Under the pieces are notes generated by a model. The model had not been told where the DNA came from. It ran no database searches and saw nothing but the letters and a program-made list of their open reading frames with translations. Position numbers and translations under genes: made by a program. Below, piece by piece: positions 20,680 to 30,760 of a DNA stretch of 64,000 nucleotides. The DNA is taken from the NCBI GenBank assembly GCA_963695605.1, contig CAVOHI010000013.1, forward strand, positions 9,598 to 73,597. The letters run 5' to 3'. This DNA comes from an uncultured Alphaproteobacteria bacterium. GTDB lineage: Bacteria > Pseudomonadota > Alphaproteobacteria > ATCC43930 > CGMCC-115725. Each line of letters starts with the position of its first letter. The stretch's first letter is position 1.

Positions 20680-22111
20680 ATGCTCGCAACCAGCCGCCAT
20701 TTTGAGGCCGCAGCCCAGGCCGGCTTGGCCAACCAAAATTTGCAGCGCGCGCTGGGTCTGGCGCGAACCGGGTTTCCCCTGCGGCGTCGCCTGGCTGTCG
20801 AACGGCTGCCGGAGTTCGAGGCGCTGCGCGAAACTGGCCGTTCGATCAAGGATCACACCCTCCAGCACCTCGACTTCTACCTCGAGCTCGTATGAGAGCC
20901 AGGTTGTCGCTTCGGGCGGCAAAGTGCATTGGGCGCGTACCTCGGAGGAGGCCTGCGCAGCGGTACTGCGGATCTGCCGCTCGGTGGGCGCCAAGCTCGT
21001 CGCTAAGGGCAAGTCGATGGTCGCCGAGGAGGTGGGGCTCAACGATGTCCTCGAGGCGAACGGCATCACCCCGGTCGAGACCGATCTCGGCGAATACATC
21101 ATCCAGCTGCGGCACGAGCCGCCCAGCCATATCATCGCACCGGCGATCCATCTGGTTAAGGAACAGGTCGCCGACACATTCCGGGCCGAGCATCGCTCGC
21201 TCGACCCGGACCGATTGTTGGCCGAGCCGCGGCAGATGTGCGACGAGGCGCGCTCGGTTCTGCGTCCACGTTTCCTCGCCGCCGATGTCGGCATCACCGG
21301 CGCCAATTTTCTCATCGCGGAGACCGGTTCGAGCATCATCGTGACCAATGAGGGCAATGGCGATCTGACGCAGACCTTGCCGCGGATCCATATCGTTATG
21401 ACCAGCATCGAAAAGCTGGTCCCGACATTCGAGGATGCCGCGACGTTGCTGCGTTTGTTGGCGCGCTCGGCAACGGGTCAGGAATTCTCGAGCTACACGA
21501 CGATCTCGACCGGACCGCGCCGGCCGGATGATCTCGACGGTCCCGAACAATACCATGTGGTCTTGCTGGACAATGGCCGCAGCGCAATGATCGGAACCGA
21601 GTTCCAGGACATGCTGCGCTGCATCCGCTGTTCGGCATGCATGAATCACTGTCCGGTCTACGCCGCGGTCGGCGGCCATGCCTATGGCTGGGTCTATCCC
21701 GGGCCGATGGGCGCGGTGTTGACCCCGGGCCTGATCGGCATCGAGCAAGCCGGACATTTGCCGAACGCCTCGACGTTTTGCGGGCGCTGCGAGAGCGTAT
21801 GCCCGGTCAAAATCCCGTTGCCCAAGATGATGCGGCATTGGCGTGAGCGTGAATTCGCCAAAAAATTGAGCCCGCCGGCCTACCGCAGTGGCCTTGCGGC
21901 GTGGGCATGGGTGGCGCGCCGCCCGGCGCTCTATCACGCGCTTACGGAGATAGGCAGCCGGGCGCTCGGCTGGGCCGGCAGCCGGCGCGGCCGGTTCCGC
22001 ACTCTGCCCCTGGCCTCTGGCTGGACCGGGGTGCGCGATATGCCGGCACCAGAGGGCCGCAGCTTTCACAGCCTTTGGGCGGAGCGGCAGAAGAGTGGAG
22101 TTGCGCGGTGA
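20680..22111 (+). pseudogene. lutB: Lactate utilisation protein B (4Fe-4S LUD-domain protein), one +1 frame disruption
   Basis: MLATSRHFEAAAQAGLANQNLQRAL...HLDFYLE, then the next frame gives YESQVVASGGKVHWA...CIRCSACMNHCPVY...FCGRCESVCPVKIP. The shift is at about 20881-20892. Confidence 0.85.
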
Positions 22112-22840
22112 GCGAAGCCCGCGAAAGGATTCTTGCCGCCATTCGGAGCTCGCTCGGCCGCGGTCGGCTCGATCCTGATGCGGAGGCGGATTTGCGCGCC
22201 CGCATCGCGGCGCATCGGCGAAATCTGGTTCCCGTCCGGGCGACGGCGCTCGACGAGCGGGCGCGGGTCGAGCTGTTCATTGCGATGGCCGAGGAGGTGC
22301 AGGCGAGGGTAACAAGGGTGGGCTCACCCGCGGAGGTGCCGGAGGCGATCGCGCGCTATCTCGCCGCGGAAAACCTTCCAGGCCGAGCTCGTCATGGCCC
22401 CCGACCCGAGGATCGACGACATCCCGTGGGACACATGGCCTTTGCTGCAGATCCGCCGCGGCCGGGCTGAGGCGGAAGACCGGGTCAGCGTCACCCACTG
22501 CCATGCCGCAATTGCCGAGACCGGCACTTTGATGCTGATTTCCGGAGCGCAGACCCCAACGACGCTCAATTTTCTTCCGGAAGCACATATCGTGGTGGTC
22601 CGCCGCGACCAGGTCGTCGCGACCTACGAGGATGGTTGGGACCGCCTGAGAACCGTCGAAACCACGGGAGGCTTGCCGCGCGCCGTCAACTTCGTCACCG
22701 GTCCGTCGCGCACGGCGGACATAGAGCAGCACATCGAACTGGGTGCGCACGGACCCGGGCGTCTCCATATTGTTCTCGTCGAGGATGTTCGGGTGGCGAG
22801 AAGTGAACGGGACGAGGGATACAGCGCGCCCGCGGGGTGA
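22108..22840 (+). pseudogene. lutC: Lactate utilisation protein C (LUD domain), one +1 frame disruption
   Basis: The GTG start overlaps the lutB TGA (GTGA). SEARERILAAIRSSLGRG...ARYLAAENLP, then the next frame gives ELVMAPDPRIDDIPW...AETGTLMLISG...NFLPEAHIVVV...TGPSRTADIEQ. The shift is at about 22378-22384. Confidence 0.8.
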
Positions 22841-23323
22841 CCACGGCCTATGGCAAGAAGCGGTTCGCGACGTGCGGCCGTTGCGCAACGGCGCGAGCGG
22901 CTAAGGCGCAAGAGCCGCCCCGTGAGGCGGTGGTTGCCTCGGCGCGAGTTGAGCGAGGCCGTACTACTCCCGCCACCCATGCCGCCCCTCGATCGTTTTG
23001 CCGGGATCGACCGGGCCAATGCTGAACGACTGAAGCGCGGTCTGCACAGGATCGAGGCACGCCTTGATCTTCACGGCATGACTCAAGCCGAGGCGCATGG
23101 GACTCTCTCTGATTTCGTTGCCGCATCGCGCGCCGCGGGACGGCGTTGCGTGCTCGTCATCACCGGGCGCGGACTCGGCCAGAGCGGGCCCGGCGTCCTC
23201 AAGAGTTCGGTTCCGCGCTGGCTGGAGGAATCGGAGCTACGGCGGCACGTCCTCGCGATCGCGCCGGCGCAGCCGCACCACGGGGGGCCCGGCGCCACCT
23301 ATCTGCTGCTGCGTCGACTCTGA
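22803..23323 (+). pseudogene. Smr-domain protein, N-terminal region frame-disrupted (one or two shifts)
   Basis: The Smr domain is clear in track ORF 22850..23323 (ARLDLHGMTQAEAHGTLSDFVAASRAAGRRCVLVITGRG...GVLKSSVPRWL). The typical N-terminal LWQEAVRDVRPLRNG motif is in a different frame starting at the GTG at 22803. The exact path between frames is unresolved. Confidence 0.6.
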
Positions 23324-23443
23324 ATCAAAACGAGACGATTGGTCGCATTTCACGCGAGAACGGCAAGAATGTCGGGGCATTTCTCTTGCAAGGATCTCTC
23401 AGCACCGTCAAAAGATGACCTAGCTTCCACATCACGAAATGCC

Positions 23444-24904
23444 ATGGCCGATAACAGTCAGCTCCTACCCTACGTTGATCGGCTGAAAACGGCGCGCGTG
23501 TTGTGTGTCGGTGACGTAATGCTTGATCATTACATTTATGGTCAAGTCGAGCAGGGGTCGCCCGAAGCGCCAATCCCGGTGCTTTGCGTCGAGCGCGAGA
23601 TGAAGACGTTGGGCGGTGCGGGAAACGTGCTGCGGAATCTGCGGGCCCTGGGAGCGGCTGCATCGTTTATCTCCGTCGTTGGCAACGACGAAGCCGGCCG
23701 CGAGATCGGACGTCTGGTGGAAGCGCAGGACGGCGCAGAGGCACACGTCCTCGTCCAGCCCCAGCGCATGACCACGGTAAAGACGCGCTATATCGCGGGC
23801 AATCAGCAGCTTCTCCGGGCTGACCGCGAAAGCTCGATCCCGCTCGATCCATACATCCGCGAGGACCTCTTGCGGCTGGCGCGCGAGCTTGTGAGCGATC
23901 ATTCGGTCGTCGTCATCTCGGATTACGCCAAGGGCGTGCTGACCGAAGGGGTGGCGCTCGAGATCATCCGGGCGGCGCGTGAGGCCGGCGCCCGTGTCAT
24001 CGTCGACCCGAAGGGTGGCGATCACATACGATATCGCGGCGCCGATCTGGTAAAGCCGAACCGGCGCGAACTGGCCCACGCCACGGGAATGTCTGTAGCG
24101 ACCGACGATGAGATAATTGCGGCCTCCCGCGCGCTGATCGAGCGTTGCGGTTTCAACGCGGTTCTCACCTCGCTCGGCGCGGAAGGGTCGCTGCTGACCT
24201 TGGCCGACGGTGCGGCCCACATTCAACGCGCCGAAGTCCGCGAGGTCTTCGATGTTTCCGGCGCCGGCGATACTGTCGTGGCGGCGGTCGGCGCCGCGCT
24301 CGCGGTCGACGTCGGCTTGACCGATGCGGCTCGTCTCGGAAATGTCGCTGCCGGCATCGTCGTCGGCAAGATCGGCGCGGCGGTGGTGTATGCGAGCGAG
24401 CTCACCGCCGCTCTAAGTGGCCGTGATCGCCACGACGCGGACAAGGTAGTGCCGCGCTCGCACGCGCTCGATTTGGTGGCGCGCTGGCGCCGCGATGGGC
24501 TCAAAATCGGCTTTACTAACGGCTGCTTCGACCTGCTGCACCCCGGGCATGTGGCGTTGCTCGGGCAAGCCAAGGCCGCGTGCGATCGGCTCGTCGTCGG
24601 GCTAAACAGCGATGGGTCAACGGCGCGGGTCAAAGGGCTCCGCCGTCCGATCCAGAGCGAAACCGAGCGTGCGGCTGTGCTGGCCTCGCTCGCGGCGGTC
24701 GACCTGATCGTCGTGTTCGAGGAGGATACGCCGATGGAGCTGATCCGGGACATCCGTCCGCAGCTCCTCGTCAAAGGCGACGACTATCGGCTCGATGAGG
24801 TCGTCGGGGCCGAGTTCGTCAAGCACGCAGGTGGCGAGGTGCTCCTCGCCAAAATCGTGCCGGGTTACAGCACGACGGCAACGATCGCGCGCCTGGCCAG
24901 CTGA
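23444..24904 (+). CDS. hldE: Bifunctional D-beta-D-heptose 7-phosphate kinase / D-beta-D-heptose 1-phosphate adenylyltransferase
   Basis: MADNSQLL...VLCVGDVMLDHYIYG...DVSGAGDTV (kinase), then GFTNGCFDLLHPGHV...KGDDY (cytidylyltransferase). Internal ATG at 23444 within track ORF 23339... Confidence 0.92.
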   Translation: MADNSQLLPYVDRLKTARVLCVGDVMLDHYIYGQVEQGSPEAPIPVLCVEREMKTLGGAGNVLRNLRALGAAASFISVVGNDEAGREIGRLVEAQDGAEAHVLVQPQRMTTVKTRYIAGNQQLLRADRESSIPLDPYIREDLLRLARELVSDHSVVVISDYAKGVLTEGVALEIIRAAREAGARVIVDPKGGDHIRYRGADLVKPNRRELAHATGMSVATDDEIIAASRALIERCGFNAVLTSLGAEGSLLTLADGAAHIQRAEVREVFDVSGAGDTVVAAVGAALAVDVGLTDAARLGNVAAGIVVGKIGAAVVYASELTAALSGRDRHDADKVVPRSHALDLVARWRRDGLKIGFTNGCFDLLHPGHVALLGQAKAACDRLVVGLNSDGSTARVKGLRRPIQSETERAAVLASLAAVDLIVVFEEDTPMELIRDIRPQLLVKGDDYRLDEVVGAEFVKHAGGEVLLAKIVPGYSTTATIARLAS

Positions 24905-25078
24905 AACACCTTAGCGGCAGACCGGCTGGGCGAGCCATCTCCCTTCCCGTCAATGCGAGTGCAACCGCGCCGGTGGGCCAATCGCCGCGGATAATTTGGC
25001 GACGCTCCAGCGTTGGTCTCAGTTCAGGGCGTTCGGCGCCACTTTTTTGGTTCGGCAGCGATGACGCCGCGGCGAACA

Positions 25079-25538
25079 TCACATTCCGCCAAATCCTCCA
25101 GCTTCGGGGTCGAGAAGGTGGCGCAGCCGGGTCGCCGCGATGCGGGCAAAGCGCATTGTCAGGGCGCGGCGGCGGCTGGCATCGAGCCTCATTGTGCTGC
25201 CGTCGCCGAAGCATGACCGCGCTGAACGAATCCGCCACCATCAGGCCACATTCATCGGGGATCAGCACGCGCGGAAAGTCGTTTGGCACGGCAAAGTAAA
25301 GGCGATCCGAGAAGTCACGGTAGGCGCCCCATTTGCGGTCGGCGCGAAAATCGGCCACGGACGTTTTGATCTCGACGATCACGAGGTCGCCCGTCTTGCC
25401 GAGAGCGAGAATATCGGCGCGGCGGCCGTTGGCGAGCGGGAATTCCATCAGGCTCACGTAAGCGAGGTGCTCCAGGGTGCGGCAGACGCCGCGCGCCAGA
25501 AGGGCGGCACCGGTCGGCTGGACGACGGATGCAGTCAT
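25079..25538 (-). pseudogene. MmcB-family DNA-repair protein, one +1 frame disruption
   Basis: EFPLANGRRADILALGKTGDLVIVEIKTSVADFRADRKWGAYRDFSDRLYFAVP... The C-terminus TMRLDASRRRALTMRFARIAATRLRHLLDPEAGGFGGM is in the next frame. The shift is at about 25196-25212. Span length is 460 nt, which is 1 mod 3. Confidence 0.7.
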
Positions 25539-25594
25539 GACGAACTGGGGATGATAAGGCGTATCATCGGACAGGGCGAGACAGACGGAGGTAG

Positions 25595-27325
25595 ATGATG
25601 GCGATGGTGACCAAGGTGGGCTTCCTGCGTCAGGCCTGGAAGCTCACCTGGCCGTATTGGAAATCGGAAGAGAAATGGTCGGCCGTCGGGTTGCTCGTCG
25701 CCGTCATCGTGCTGAACTTGATCACCGTAGGCCTTAACGTACGTTTTAATACCTGGTACAACGATTTCTACGATGCTCTTCAGCAATATAACTGGGCGCA
25801 GTTCTGGCGACAATTGGTGATCTTTGGGATCATTGCCTTTTTATTCATCGTGGTCGCGGTCTACTCGCTTTATCTAAGGCAGATCCTGCACATCCGGTGG
25901 CGGCGCTGGCTGACCGATCGCCTTTTGCACAATTGGCTCGAAAACCAGTCTTATTATCGCCTCCAGCTGAACCAGGCGACGACCCCGGACAACCCGGATC
26001 AGCGCATCTCGGACGATCTCGACCGTTTTGCGACGTTAACCTTGGGATTGTCGCTTGGACTGTTGAGCTCCTTTGTAACCCTCGTCTCGTTTCTATCGAT
26101 CCTGTGGACCCTGTCGGGTGCGCTGACGATACCACTGGGCGGCGGCGCCGCGATCCATGTCCCGGGCTACATGGTCTTTGCCGCGCTTATCTATGCCGTC
26201 GGCGGTACGGTGCTCACCCGCTGGATCGGTTATCCGTTGATTCAACTCAACTTTGATCAGCAGCGCTACGAGGCCGATTTTCGCTTCAGCATGGTCCGGC
26301 TCCGCGAGAACGCAGAGAACGTCGCCTTCTATGGTGGTGAAGCGCGCGAACTCGACACATTTCAGATCCGCTTCAAGCGGATCATAGGGAATTGGTGGGG
26401 GATTATCAGGCGTCGCAAGAAGCTGACCTGGTTCACCACCGGTTATGCTCAGCTCGCGATCATCTTCCCGCTCGTGGTGGCAGCTCCGCGTTATTTCGCG
26501 AAGGCGATCCAGCTCGGCGGCCTGATGCAGATAGTCTCGGCCTTTGGCCAAGTGCAGGATTCGCTGTCTTTCATCATCAGCTCGTACACGGAAATCGCCG
26601 AATATCAGGCTGTAGTGCAGCGGCTCTTCGGGTTTCAGCAGAGACTGAACGAGATTATTGCGGACCGGGAAGCGCCCCAGCCGATCGAAATCGACCATCG
26701 CGGCGCCGGTGTCGAGGTCGACATGCTCGATCTCAATCTGCCGGATGGCCAAATGTTGCGCCCAAATATCTCGCTGGCGGCAACTCCGGGAGAGGCGCTG
26801 CTGATTACCGGTGCGTCCGGGCTCGGCAAGAGCACCTTGCTGCGCGCCATTGCCGGTATTTGGCCGTTCGGGCGCGGCCGCATCCGCGTCGGCGAGGGTC
26901 GGTCCCTATTTCTGCCCCAGCGGCCCTACCTGCCGCTCGGCACCCTGGCCGACGCCCTAGCCTATCCCCGGGCCGCCGCCGAATTGTCGCGCGACAGTCT
27001 GGCCGAGGCACTCCGTGCGGTCGGGTTGTCCCATCTCGTCGACCGGCTCGGTGAAGAGGCGAACTGGGCTCAGCGCCTTTCGATCGGCGAGCAACAGCGG
27101 CTGGCCTTTGCCCGGGTCTTGCTGGCCCGCCCGGAGATCGTGTTTCTCGACGAGGCGACCTCGGCGCTCGACGAGGCCGCGGAGGTAGCGTTATACCGGT
27201 TGTTGCGGGAAGCACCGTGGAGACCGACGATCGTCAGCGTCGGCCATCACGGCACCTTGCGGCGTTTCCATGATACGGTCGTCGATCTCGCGCACAGCCC
27301 GGTCTCGCGGGCGGCCGTCGGCTAA
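25595..27325 (+). CDS. SbmA/BacA-like ABC transporter (fused permease-ATPase, YddA/Rv1819c type)
   Basis: 576 aa with WPYWKSEEKW...NTWYNDFYDALQ...NPDQRISDD, then an ABC ATPase domain (GASGLGKST, LSIGEQQRLAFAR, VFLDEATSALD). Confidence 0.85.
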   Translation: MMAMVTKVGFLRQAWKLTWPYWKSEEKWSAVGLLVAVIVLNLITVGLNVRFNTWYNDFYDALQQYNWAQFWRQLVIFGIIAFLFIVVAVYSLYLRQILHIRWRRWLTDRLLHNWLENQSYYRLQLNQATTPDNPDQRISDDLDRFATLTLGLSLGLLSSFVTLVSFLSILWTLSGALTIPLGGGAAIHVPGYMVFAALIYAVGGTVLTRWIGYPLIQLNFDQQRYEADFRFSMVRLRENAENVAFYGGEARELDTFQIRFKRIIGNWWGIIRRRKKLTWFTTGYAQLAIIFPLVVAAPRYFAKAIQLGGLMQIVSAFGQVQDSLSFIISSYTEIAEYQAVVQRLFGFQQRLNEIIADREAPQPIEIDHRGAGVEVDMLDLNLPDGQMLRPNISLAATPGEALLITGASGLGKSTLLRAIAGIWPFGRGRIRVGEGRSLFLPQRPYLPLGTLADALAYPRAAAELSRDSLAEALRAVGLSHLVDRLGEEANWAQRLSIGEQQRLAFARVLLARPEIVFLDEATSALDEAAEVALYRLLREAPWRPTIVSVGHHGTLRRFHDTVVDLAHSPVSRAAVG

Positions 27326-27368
27326 TCTAACGAGTATCAGCCATCCGGCGGAGTGGAGGAGCCGAGCG

Positions 27369-28862
27369 ATGACCGACAGCGAGCGCCAGCCGCGAGACGC
27401 GGAGGACCCGCTGCGCTCTGTCCGGATCGACAAGCGCGAGAGTCTCGAGGCGCTTGGGATCGATCCCTACCCCTACAGCTTCGAGCGGACGCATGAGGCA
27501 GGCCAGCTCGAGCGGCGTTACGCCGGACTCGCAGCGGGTGCCGAAACCGAAGATCGGGTGCGCGTCGCCGGCCGCATCAGGGCGATGCGCAACAGCGGCA
27601 TGTTCATCGACCTGCACGATGCCTCGGGCAAGATCCAGATCTTTTGCCACAAGGATTTGCTCGGTTCCGAAACGCTCGGAATGGTGCGGCTGCTGGACAT
27701 CGGTGATCTGATCGGCGTCGACGGCTTGGTTCGGCGGACGCCGCGCGGCGAGCTCACGGTCAACGCCTCCGGTGTTACGGTTCTCGCGAAGGCGCTGCGG
27801 CCGCTACCCGAGAAATATCACGGCCTCGCCGATGTCGAGCTGCGCTATCGCCAGCGCTATCTCGACCTGATCATGAACCCGCAGAGCCGCGACACGCTGC
27901 TCCGGCGCAGCCGGGTCGTCGCGGCGATGCGCGGCCATCTCGCGGAGCGCGGCTACGTCGAGGTCGAGACGCCGATGCTTCACACGATCCCCGGGGGCGC
28001 CTCGGCAAAGCCGTTCGTGACGCATCACAACGCGCTCGACATCGATCTCTATCTGCGGATTGCGCCCGAGCTGCATTTGAAACGCCTGTTGGTCGGTGGC
28101 GTTGCCGACAAATTGTTCGAGATCAACCGTTGCTTCCGCAACGAGGGCCTCTCGCCCCGGCATAATCCGGAATTCAGCACGCTCGAGCTCTACGAGGCTT
28201 ATGTCGACTACACCGCGATGATGAAGTTGACCGAGGAGCTCATCACCACCGCAGCCGAGACGGTGCTTGGGACATTGCGGATCGGCTACGGCGGGACCGA
28301 GATAGATCTATCGGCGCCGTGGCCGCGACGCAGCATGGCTGAACTCGTTCAAACAGCCACCGGGGTCGATTTCCTCGCTCTCGACAGCGCTGAGGCGGCA
28401 CGCGAGGCGGCCTCACGCGTCGGCGCGGCGCTGGCCGGCGGCGAGAATTGGGGGCAGGCTCTAGAAGCGGCCTTCGCCGCGCGCGTCGAGGATACTCTGA
28501 TCCAGCCGATTCACGTCACCGGATTTCCCCGCGACATCTCCCCGCTGGCCAAGGCCGACCGCAACGACCCGCGTCTTGTCGAGCGGTTCGAGACCTACAT
28601 CTACGGTTGGGAGATCGCGAACGCTTTTTCCGAGCTGAATGATCCGCAGGACCAGCGCGAGCGGTTCGAGGCGCAAATGCGGGCGCGGGCGGCGGGTGAC
28701 GAGGAAGCGCAGCTCCTCGACGAGGACTATCTGACCGCGCTCGAATACGGGCTGCCGCCCTGCGGTGGTCTCGGCATCGGCATCGACCGGCTGGTCATGC
28801 TGCTGACCGACAGCCCGTCGATCCGCGACGTCATTGCTTTCCCGACCCTGCGGCCGCGCTGA
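27369..28862 (+). CDS. lysS: Lysine--tRNA ligase (class II)
   Basis: MTDSERQ... with RYRQRYLDLI, FRNEGLSPRHNPEFSTLELYEAY and GGLGIGIDRLVMLL. GGAGG upstream of the ATG at 27369. Confidence 0.95.
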   Translation: MTDSERQPRDAEDPLRSVRIDKRESLEALGIDPYPYSFERTHEAGQLERRYAGLAAGAETEDRVRVAGRIRAMRNSGMFIDLHDASGKIQIFCHKDLLGSETLGMVRLLDIGDLIGVDGLVRRTPRGELTVNASGVTVLAKALRPLPEKYHGLADVELRYRQRYLDLIMNPQSRDTLLRRSRVVAAMRGHLAERGYVEVETPMLHTIPGGASAKPFVTHHNALDIDLYLRIAPELHLKRLLVGGVADKLFEINRCFRNEGLSPRHNPEFSTLELYEAYVDYTAMMKLTEELITTAAETVLGTLRIGYGGTEIDLSAPWPRRSMAELVQTATGVDFLALDSAEAAREAASRVGAALAGGENWGQALEAAFAARVEDTLIQPIHVTGFPRDISPLAKADRNDPRLVERFETYIYGWEIANAFSELNDPQDQRERFEAQMRARAAGDEEAQLLDEDYLTALEYGLPPCGGLGIGIDRLVMLLTDSPSIRDVIAFPTLRPR

Positions 28863-28917
28863 GAGATAGGCGCGGATCGTGTCGATGTACAACGGACGAT
28901 CGTGATTGGAGTGTTGT

Positions 28918-29406
28918 ATGAGTAAGAACAAGAATTCGGCAGCGTGCTGGTTGATGGGCATCGCGCAGGGCGTACTGCTCGTCGCGATGGCAGGCTGTGT
29001 CAAGCAGCCGATGACTGCGACGGTTAGCATTCCGCCGATCCCGGCAGGTGAGGCTCGGATCTGGTTCTATCGTGATTACGAGCCCTACGCCGGCAAGGGC
29101 CTTCCGGCGATCGCCGCCAATGGGGGATATGTCGGGGCGGCCGAATTGGGTGGCGCGTTCTATCGCGATGTTCCCCCTGGACATTACCTCGTGACCGTGC
29201 AGACCGTCGGCATAGATACCAATCAAACGGCCAAGTTCGAGCTCGCTCCGGCCCAGGAGGCTTATGTAAAAATCGTCTCGCTGCCGAGTTGGGACACGGG
29301 CGGGGACAGGAACGAATGGGAGCGGCCGACGTTTTACGCGTGGCTGATCCCGAACCAAGTCGCGCAAGCCGATGTCGCGCATCTCTCTTTTTACGGCGGC
29401 AGCTGA
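28918..29406 (+). CDS. Putative lipoprotein (DUF2846-like)
   Basis: Signal peptide with lipobox LVAMAGC. YRDVPPGHYLVTV-type motif. The family call is tentative. The track ORF starts at 28906. Confidence 0.55.
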   Translation: MSKNKNSAACWLMGIAQGVLLVAMAGCVKQPMTATVSIPPIPAGEARIWFYRDYEPYAGKGLPAIAANGGYVGAAELGGAFYRDVPPGHYLVTVQTVGIDTNQTAKFELAPAQEAYVKIVSLPSWDTGGDRNEWERPTFYAWLIPNQVAQADVAHLSFYGGS

Positions 29407-29442
29407 ACCTCGGCGACAGCGTCGCACAATTTCTCGCGACAC

Positions 29443-30735
29443 TCAGAAGTTTTCCAGGCTCAAGACCTCGCTGTCGTAGTCGTACGCGAAGATCTCGGCG
29501 TGCCGGCCCCAGTTGATTACGGTCTCGAGCACCCGCTCCGCCTCTTCCTCCGACAAGTGATCCTCGAGCTCGCGCAGAAACCTCGCCGCCGGTGCGCGAT
29601 GGCCGGGCCGCTCGTCGAGGACGCGCCGGATGTGGGCAGCCAGCGGCACATGCTTTAAGAGCGCTTCGGCAAAGATCTGCTTGCGGGCGAGCATGTCGGC
29701 CTCGGCGTATGCCCGGCCGAGCGGCGTTAGCTCGATGTCACCGCCGCTGACATGGGCGAATCCGAACAGCTGCAATGTCTCGATCAACGGGAACAGCTCG
29801 TCCATGACGAGGTTCTCCTCGTCGGCCAGATGGGGCAGATCGGCGCGGCCGTGATAGGGCGCCTCCGTCAGATTCTCGATCAGCCCCGAGAGCTGTTGGA
29901 CCGAGGCATCCGGTAGGCGAAAGCCGATCCCGATGGGCTCGGTTTTTGCCCCACGCCGTCCGTCGCGCCCGGGCTCGGTGGTCAAGAGGGTGTAGACCTG
30001 GTCGACGATCTGGCGAAAACCGGCACTCTCCGAGGAGCGTGGGCGCGGCAGCGAGATCGGGATTTGTGCGCGAATGCGGCCGGGATCGCTGCTGAAGATC
30101 AGAATACGATCGGCGATTTCGACCGCCTCCTCGATGTTGTGCGAAACGAAGACCATCCCTTTGGTCGGGATCCGGTGGGCGTCCCACAAATCGAGCAGAT
30201 CGCCGCGCAAAGTTTCCGCGGTCAGAACATCGAGCGATGAGAAGGGCTCGTCGAGGAGCAGGATATCGGGATCGACGACGAGCGCGCGCGCAAAGCCGAC
30301 GCGCTGCCGCATGCCGCCGGACAGTTCCTTCGGGTAGGCATTCTCGAACCCGTCGAGACCGATCAGATCGATCGCATTGACCGCACGCCGGCGTCGCTCC
30401 CCCCCAGAAATGCCGAGAGCCTCGAGCCCGAGCTCGACGTTGCCGAGCACGGTCAGCCATGGAAACAACGCATAGCTCTGAAAGACCATCGAGATGCCGC
30501 GAACAGGCTCGGCGACATTGATGCCGCGATACTCGACGACACCCTCGTTCGGCGGCACAAGCCCCGCGAGAATCCGCAAAAATGTCGACTTGCCGGATCC
30601 CGATTTGCCGAGGATCGCAACGATCTCGCCATCGCGCAGGGTGAAGTCGATGTGGTCGAGCACGAGCCGCCCATGGTGATCGGGAGTGCGGTAGGTCTTC
30701 GAGACGGCTTCGGTGCGCAGCAGCGGGTCGGTCAT
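29443..30735 (-). CDS. NitT/TauT-type ABC transporter ATP-binding protein with a ~190-aa C-terminal extension domain
   Basis: MTDPLLRTEAV...GKSGSGKST...LSGGMRQRVGFARAL...LLLDEPFSSLD. This is followed by a non-ABC domain (ADLPHLADEENLVMDELFPLIETLQLFGFAHVSGGDIELTPLG...). Internal ATG at 30735. Confidence 0.85.
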   Translation of the reverse strand: MTDPLLRTEAVSKTYRTPDHHGRLVLDHIDFTLRDGEIVAILGKSGSGKSTFLRILAGLVPPNEGVVEYRGINVAEPVRGISMVFQSYALFPWLTVLGNVELGLEALGISGGERRRRAVNAIDLIGLDGFENAYPKELSGGMRQRVGFARALVVDPDILLLDEPFSSLDVLTAETLRGDLLDLWDAHRIPTKGMVFVSHNIEEAVEIADRILIFSSDPGRIRAQIPISLPRPRSSESAGFRQIVDQVYTLLTTEPGRDGRRGAKTEPIGIGFRLPDASVQQLSGLIENLTEAPYHGRADLPHLADEENLVMDELFPLIETLQLFGFAHVSGGDIELTPLGRAYAEADMLARKQIFAEALLKHVPLAAHIRRVLDERPGHRAPAARFLRELEDHLSEEEAERVLETVINWGRHAEIFAYDYDSEVLSLENF

Positions 30736-30760
30736 TATGGACAGATTTACTACGAGTTGC

